From Malacoraja senta (Eukaryota): DNA of 64,000 nucleotides. This document shows, one piece after another, positions 59,677 through 64,000 of this stretch; positions within the stretch are counted from its first letter, which is position 1; every line of letters begins with the position of its first letter. Location of the stretch: assembly GCA_038087875.1 (NCBI GenBank), contig JAXLNO010000079.1, positions 186,001-250,000 of the forward strand. Direction: 5' to 3'. A program made the translations under genes and the position numbers. The notes under the pieces are model-generated. The model had not been told where the DNA came from. It did no database searches and saw only the letters and a program-made list of their open reading frames with translations.

Positions 59677-60597
59677 AAACTAATGACATGTCCAGCAAAG
59701 TGGAGTGTGCCATTCAATTTTCATTATCCTATTTGTGCATCTAAAAATTCCTGTATCCAGCCTCCCACATGGCTTGCAGAATTATGAACAAAGGTTTTGA
59801 TGGCAGACCATCAGGATGACTCATAATCATTGTACACGTCTGTGCTGCATAGGCTCTGGCAATTGGTTTTCAAATCAGCCTATTGCATGAAGCAAGTTTG
59901 TAAAGTTTGGCCCAAAGAACTATCCATTCATCTCACCGGTTTGCTTTGCAACATTAAAACAGGAGACAGGGGGTTACTATTTTGCAGTACGTTTTGTATG
60001 GCAACGTACCATTGTATATTCTGAAGCTGAAATGAAGCTAATTCAATAATTAATTTGGACAGTTCTTCCACTTTTCTCCTGAAAATAAATGCTTAATTTA
60101 CAATCAATTAATTACACAAAGCTTGAAAAGCATTTCTGAACATGATGTTTTTATTTTCCCGTCCCCGTTAGTGCAAACGACCTAGAAATGTTCTGAGGGG
60201 GGTGATTGTTGTCTGCGGTCGGTACCAGTAGCAGGCTTTTATTTTCTGCAGGAAGCATAGTAACTGATAAATGTTGGGTAGAAGAAATGAAATCACATTT
60301 ATATGTTTAAATGTACACCAAATATATTTTGTGTGTCAAAAGGTTGTTGGGATTTGTGTGTTATAGCTTGCTGCAAGCAATAGGCCGATTTGAAAACCAA
60401 TTGCCAGAGCCTATGCAGCACAGACATGTACAGTGATTGTGAGTGATCCTGATGGTCTGCCATCAAAACCTTTGTTCATAAGTATGCAAGCCACGTGGGA
60501 GGCTGGATACAGGAATTTTTAGATGCACAAATAGGATAATGAAAATTGAATGGCACACTCCACCTTCCTGGATATGTCTTGCCTGCCTCATTAGTTT
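59677..60597. repeat. ~220-bp inverted repeat with ~470-bp spacer
   Basis: Arms ~59677-59897 and ~60365-60597 are reverse complements with scattered mismatches. Confidence 0.9.
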
Positions 60598-61755
60598 TAT
60601 TAGCTGCACTTAGAAATGCTGACCTATAGCATTTTTAACTGAAGTTGGAAGATGTAATTATATTAAGCTCTTTGATAGCTTGTTTTCTGATTAAGATTGG
60701 TATGTTTACTTTCCAAAAATGTTATTCAAAATATCTCCCAGAGTATAGGAACTGAGCTTGGTTTACTAACCTAACCTTTACTAACTTTACAAACCTAACA
60801 ATGTATAGAATCATTCTATACATTGCATTTACTTATTCTTTGAGATTTTTGTTGCCAAGGTTAAAACATTGTGTACATGCAGTGTACATTATTACTGCAT
60901 TATTTCAGTGCCTCCATTTTTATTACTATTTTAAGGTAACAAATTGTCCTGATATTATGACAATGGCAGCTAGTTCAGGGAAGTTCACATGAATTGTTGT
61001 CATGTACACATGTACTAATAGCAAAATGGAAGTAAAGGACCATTCCTGTTTCTGATTGCTGTCCGGTGATTTTTTTCTGGAATGTGTATGTGTCCGTGAG
61101 GTGCAGGCGTGGTAGTTCTTTGCACCTGTCATTGTGTGTCCGTAGCGGTGCTGGCACGAAGGGCCGAGTGGCCTACTCCTGCACCTATTGTCTTTGCACC
61201 TGTCATTATGTGTAGTATGGGTGCAGGCGACGTAGTTCTTTGCACCTGTCATGTAGATGATGCTGTCCTTGCACAGTTTTTGCAGCAGATTTGCACATGG
61301 TACGGGTGTTGGGTTATGGGGAGAAGGCAGGTGAATGGGGTTAGGAGGGAGAGAGATCCAGCCATGATTGAATGGCAGAGCAGAGTTGACGGGCCGAATG
61401 GACCAAATCTGCTCCTATCACATGAATATGGGCAGGGGGAAGACAATGAAGATGATTGGTGATCATAGATTAGTGCTCAGAGAAGAGGGGCAAGGATGAA
61501 ATGAATTCCTTCTTGGTAATCATTGGGGCAGAATGCTAAATGTCTGCTTTTGTGAGCTCCACGGCTTATTTATATGAGTTCTCTTTATCTGGATTTTGAT
61601 CAGTTGTCCAACTGCTAAATAACTACTTCTGTAAAACTAATGCATCCTAGCAATGTTGCCAGGTGGTTTAGCAGTTTGTATTTTATGGGATAAACTGATT
61701 CTTTTGGTTTTCTGGATGTGTGCTCACCAAGTGTGATATTTTTTTCTCTTTAAAG

Positions 61756-61912
61756 ATTTCTTCTCCAAAATATTATGGCTTCCTGGAGGACATCAACGTC
61801 TGGCACCCTTTTGTCATAATCGGCATCTACTCTTCAACTCTGTCGGCTGCAATGAGCAATTTGATTGGAGCATCAAGAATTCTCTATGCACTTGCTAAGG
61901 ACAATATCTTTG
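61756..61912 (+). CDS. slc12a9: SLC12A9 coding exon 7 (apparent 1-nt frameshift near its 5' end)
   Basis: FLLQ in one frame, then [46 protein letters not shown] in another; TAAAG acceptor; G|GCAAGT candidate donor. Confidence 0.85.
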
Positions 61913-62329
61913 GCAAGTTGATTCAAGTTATTTTGTTTATAAAATGACTGTTGTAATCAAAGTTGTGCAGAAACACGATGTTAACGTTACATTTTGTGAA
62001 AGACTTTCTGCTTGTCACAACTGAACTAAATAACTTTCTAATGGGCACATTGTTCAGGAAACTAATTCCATATTGAAAGCAGCACATTGGCATTTTCTGC
62101 AAGGCGTATGCAGACAGTAAAAGGTTGGAGGAGATTATTGAGAGGGCAAATTCAGTTCTGGGTAGAACATGATGTCATATATTTGTAAGGATATGGGAAT
62201 TGGAATGTTCTATAATGTTGAAATTGTTTAACCCTGGTACTTTACCATGGGCCAGATATATTTGCAGTAGAGGGAGGTTCAGTGGATTGATTCCCAAAAG
62301 AGGCATTGCTGTATGAGGAGAAATTAATT

Positions 62330-63190
62330 TAGACAATAGGTGCAGGAGTAGGCCATTTGGCCCTTCGGGCCAGCACCGCCATTCAATGTGATCATGCCTG
62401 ATCATCCCCACTCAGTGTCCGTTCCTGCCTTCTCCCATACCCCTTAATTCCACTAGCCCTAAGAGCTCTATCTAACTCTCTTTTGAATGCATCAGTGAAT
62501 CGGCCTCCACTGCCTTCTCACGCAGAGAATTCCACAAATTCACAATTCTGGGTGAAAAAGTTTTTCCTCATCTCAGTTCTAAATGGCCTACCCCTTATTC
62601 TTAAACTGTGGCCCCTGGTTCTGGACTCCCCCAACATCGGGCACATGTTTCCTGCATCTAGAGTGTCCAATCCCTTAATCATTTTATATGTTTTTATAAG
62701 ATCCCCTCTTATCCTTCTGAATTCCAGTGAATACAAGCCCAGTCGTTCCATTCTTTCATCATATGTCAGTCCTGCCATCCTGGGAATTAACCTTGTGAAC
62801 CTACGCAGCACTCCCTCAATAGCAAGAATGTCCTTCCTCAAATTAGGAGACCAAAATTGCACACAATACTCCGGGTGTGGTCTCAATATGGGCCGAAGGA
62901 CCTCTTTGCTCCAATACTCAACTCTCTTTATGAAGCCCCAACATGCCATTAGCTTTCTTCACTGCCTGTTTGTACCTATATACTTACTTTCAGTGACTGA
63001 TGTACAAGCACACCCATGTCTCGTTGCACCTCCCCTTCTCCTAAATCTGACACCATTCAGATAATAATCTGCCTTCCTGTTCTTGCCACCAAAGTAGATG
63101 ACCTCACATTTATCCACATTATACCGCATCTGCGATGCATCTGCCACTCACCCAACCTATCCAAGTCACCCTGCAGCCTCATAGCATCCT
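62330..63190 (-). mobile_element. CR1 3' fragment, degenerate
   Basis: YNVDKCEVI..EYCVQFWSP..FFTQ motifs. Confidence 0.9.
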
Positions 63191-64000
63191 ACTCCAGCTT
63201 TTTGTGTCTATATACGACCTTTCTGCTTGGACAGGGATGGTGAAGAATGAAAAGAATGGGGTTTCTGAGAATATTTTGGATGAGGATGATAAACCATGCG
63301 TTTCTGCTTGGATTGATGCATGTTCCATTAAGCCATTACGTGCGGTGTCATATTCCATTCCTACACACCTGGGGTGAGATTCTGGCCAGCTGTGATCACT
63401 TTTGATTCCAATTCCAGTCATTATATATGATTATTTGCACTGTAACCTTCTGAGAACACTTCATTAGCTTTTACCTTCGTGAGGTCCGTTGCCTTTCGCA
63501 ATTAGTGGTTTAATCATTGATAATAAATAACCATGAGCCTTTCAAAAATGCTTTTAACATTTACAATAATGTTTCTAAATTAAAGAGTGAAACAAACATT
63601 GTTAATAACGATTGCAAAATTAATTCCGTGCAATCTACTTTTTTCCAAAATTCAGTGTTTAATCAATTTAACTCACCTTAAACCAATGTAAATTCAGAGC
63701 TCAAATTATTTAACTAATATACGATGTTAAAACGACATTAATTCAACACAATTGCAATTCATTTTCTTTAAAGATATTACATGGTACAATAAACTTTTAA
63801 TATTTCAAATCCATCTTGAATAGGGGGAAAAACTGTCTCTTGTTGACAGTTAAGGGATTTCAGTTTATATCAGAATCAAGTCATAATTTTGATTAAATTA
63901 CTGCCCTAATTAATATCCCCTGAAATTTTGTAATCTTCAACATCTGCAGATCAGTTTAGATTCTTTTTCTGAAATCCTTCATTTGAATGTTAGCATTAAC

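Noticed and set aside
60926..61300. Minus-strand ORF with duplicated MTGAKNY
   Set aside because: Local duplication around a CR1 tail fragment; no recognisable homology.

Overview
Repeat-dense vertebrate genomic DNA. The CR1/L2/Rex1/Penelope/Helitron mix and the gene sequence suggest a cartilaginous fish (inference). One host gene is identifiable: the 5' part of slc12a9 (+ strand, 7 coding exons, 22998-61912, continuing beyond the window). It has a CpG-island promoter with tandem CLEAR-like motifs, a U12-type second intron, an apparent 1-nt frameshift at the start of exon 7 and a candidate GC donor after exon 7. The rest is mostly nested mobile DNA: many CR1 LINEs (one with an open 981-codon ORF2), L2, Rex1/Babar, a deleted Gypsy, Penelope remnants with hammerhead-like cores, two non-autonomous Helitrons and a family of GC-rich non-autonomous retroposons with Rex1-like tails. 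The most striking observation is a 146-bp TSD-flanked mini-retroposon (32279-32424, - strand) whose first 54 nt fold into a complete minimal HDV/CPEB3-like self-cleaving ribozyme. Next is a conserved U_UUA_AAC-stop slippery site at the CR1 ORF1/ORF2 junction, suggesting -1 ribosomal frameshifting. All identifications come from reading the sequence and recalled family features; no searches were run.
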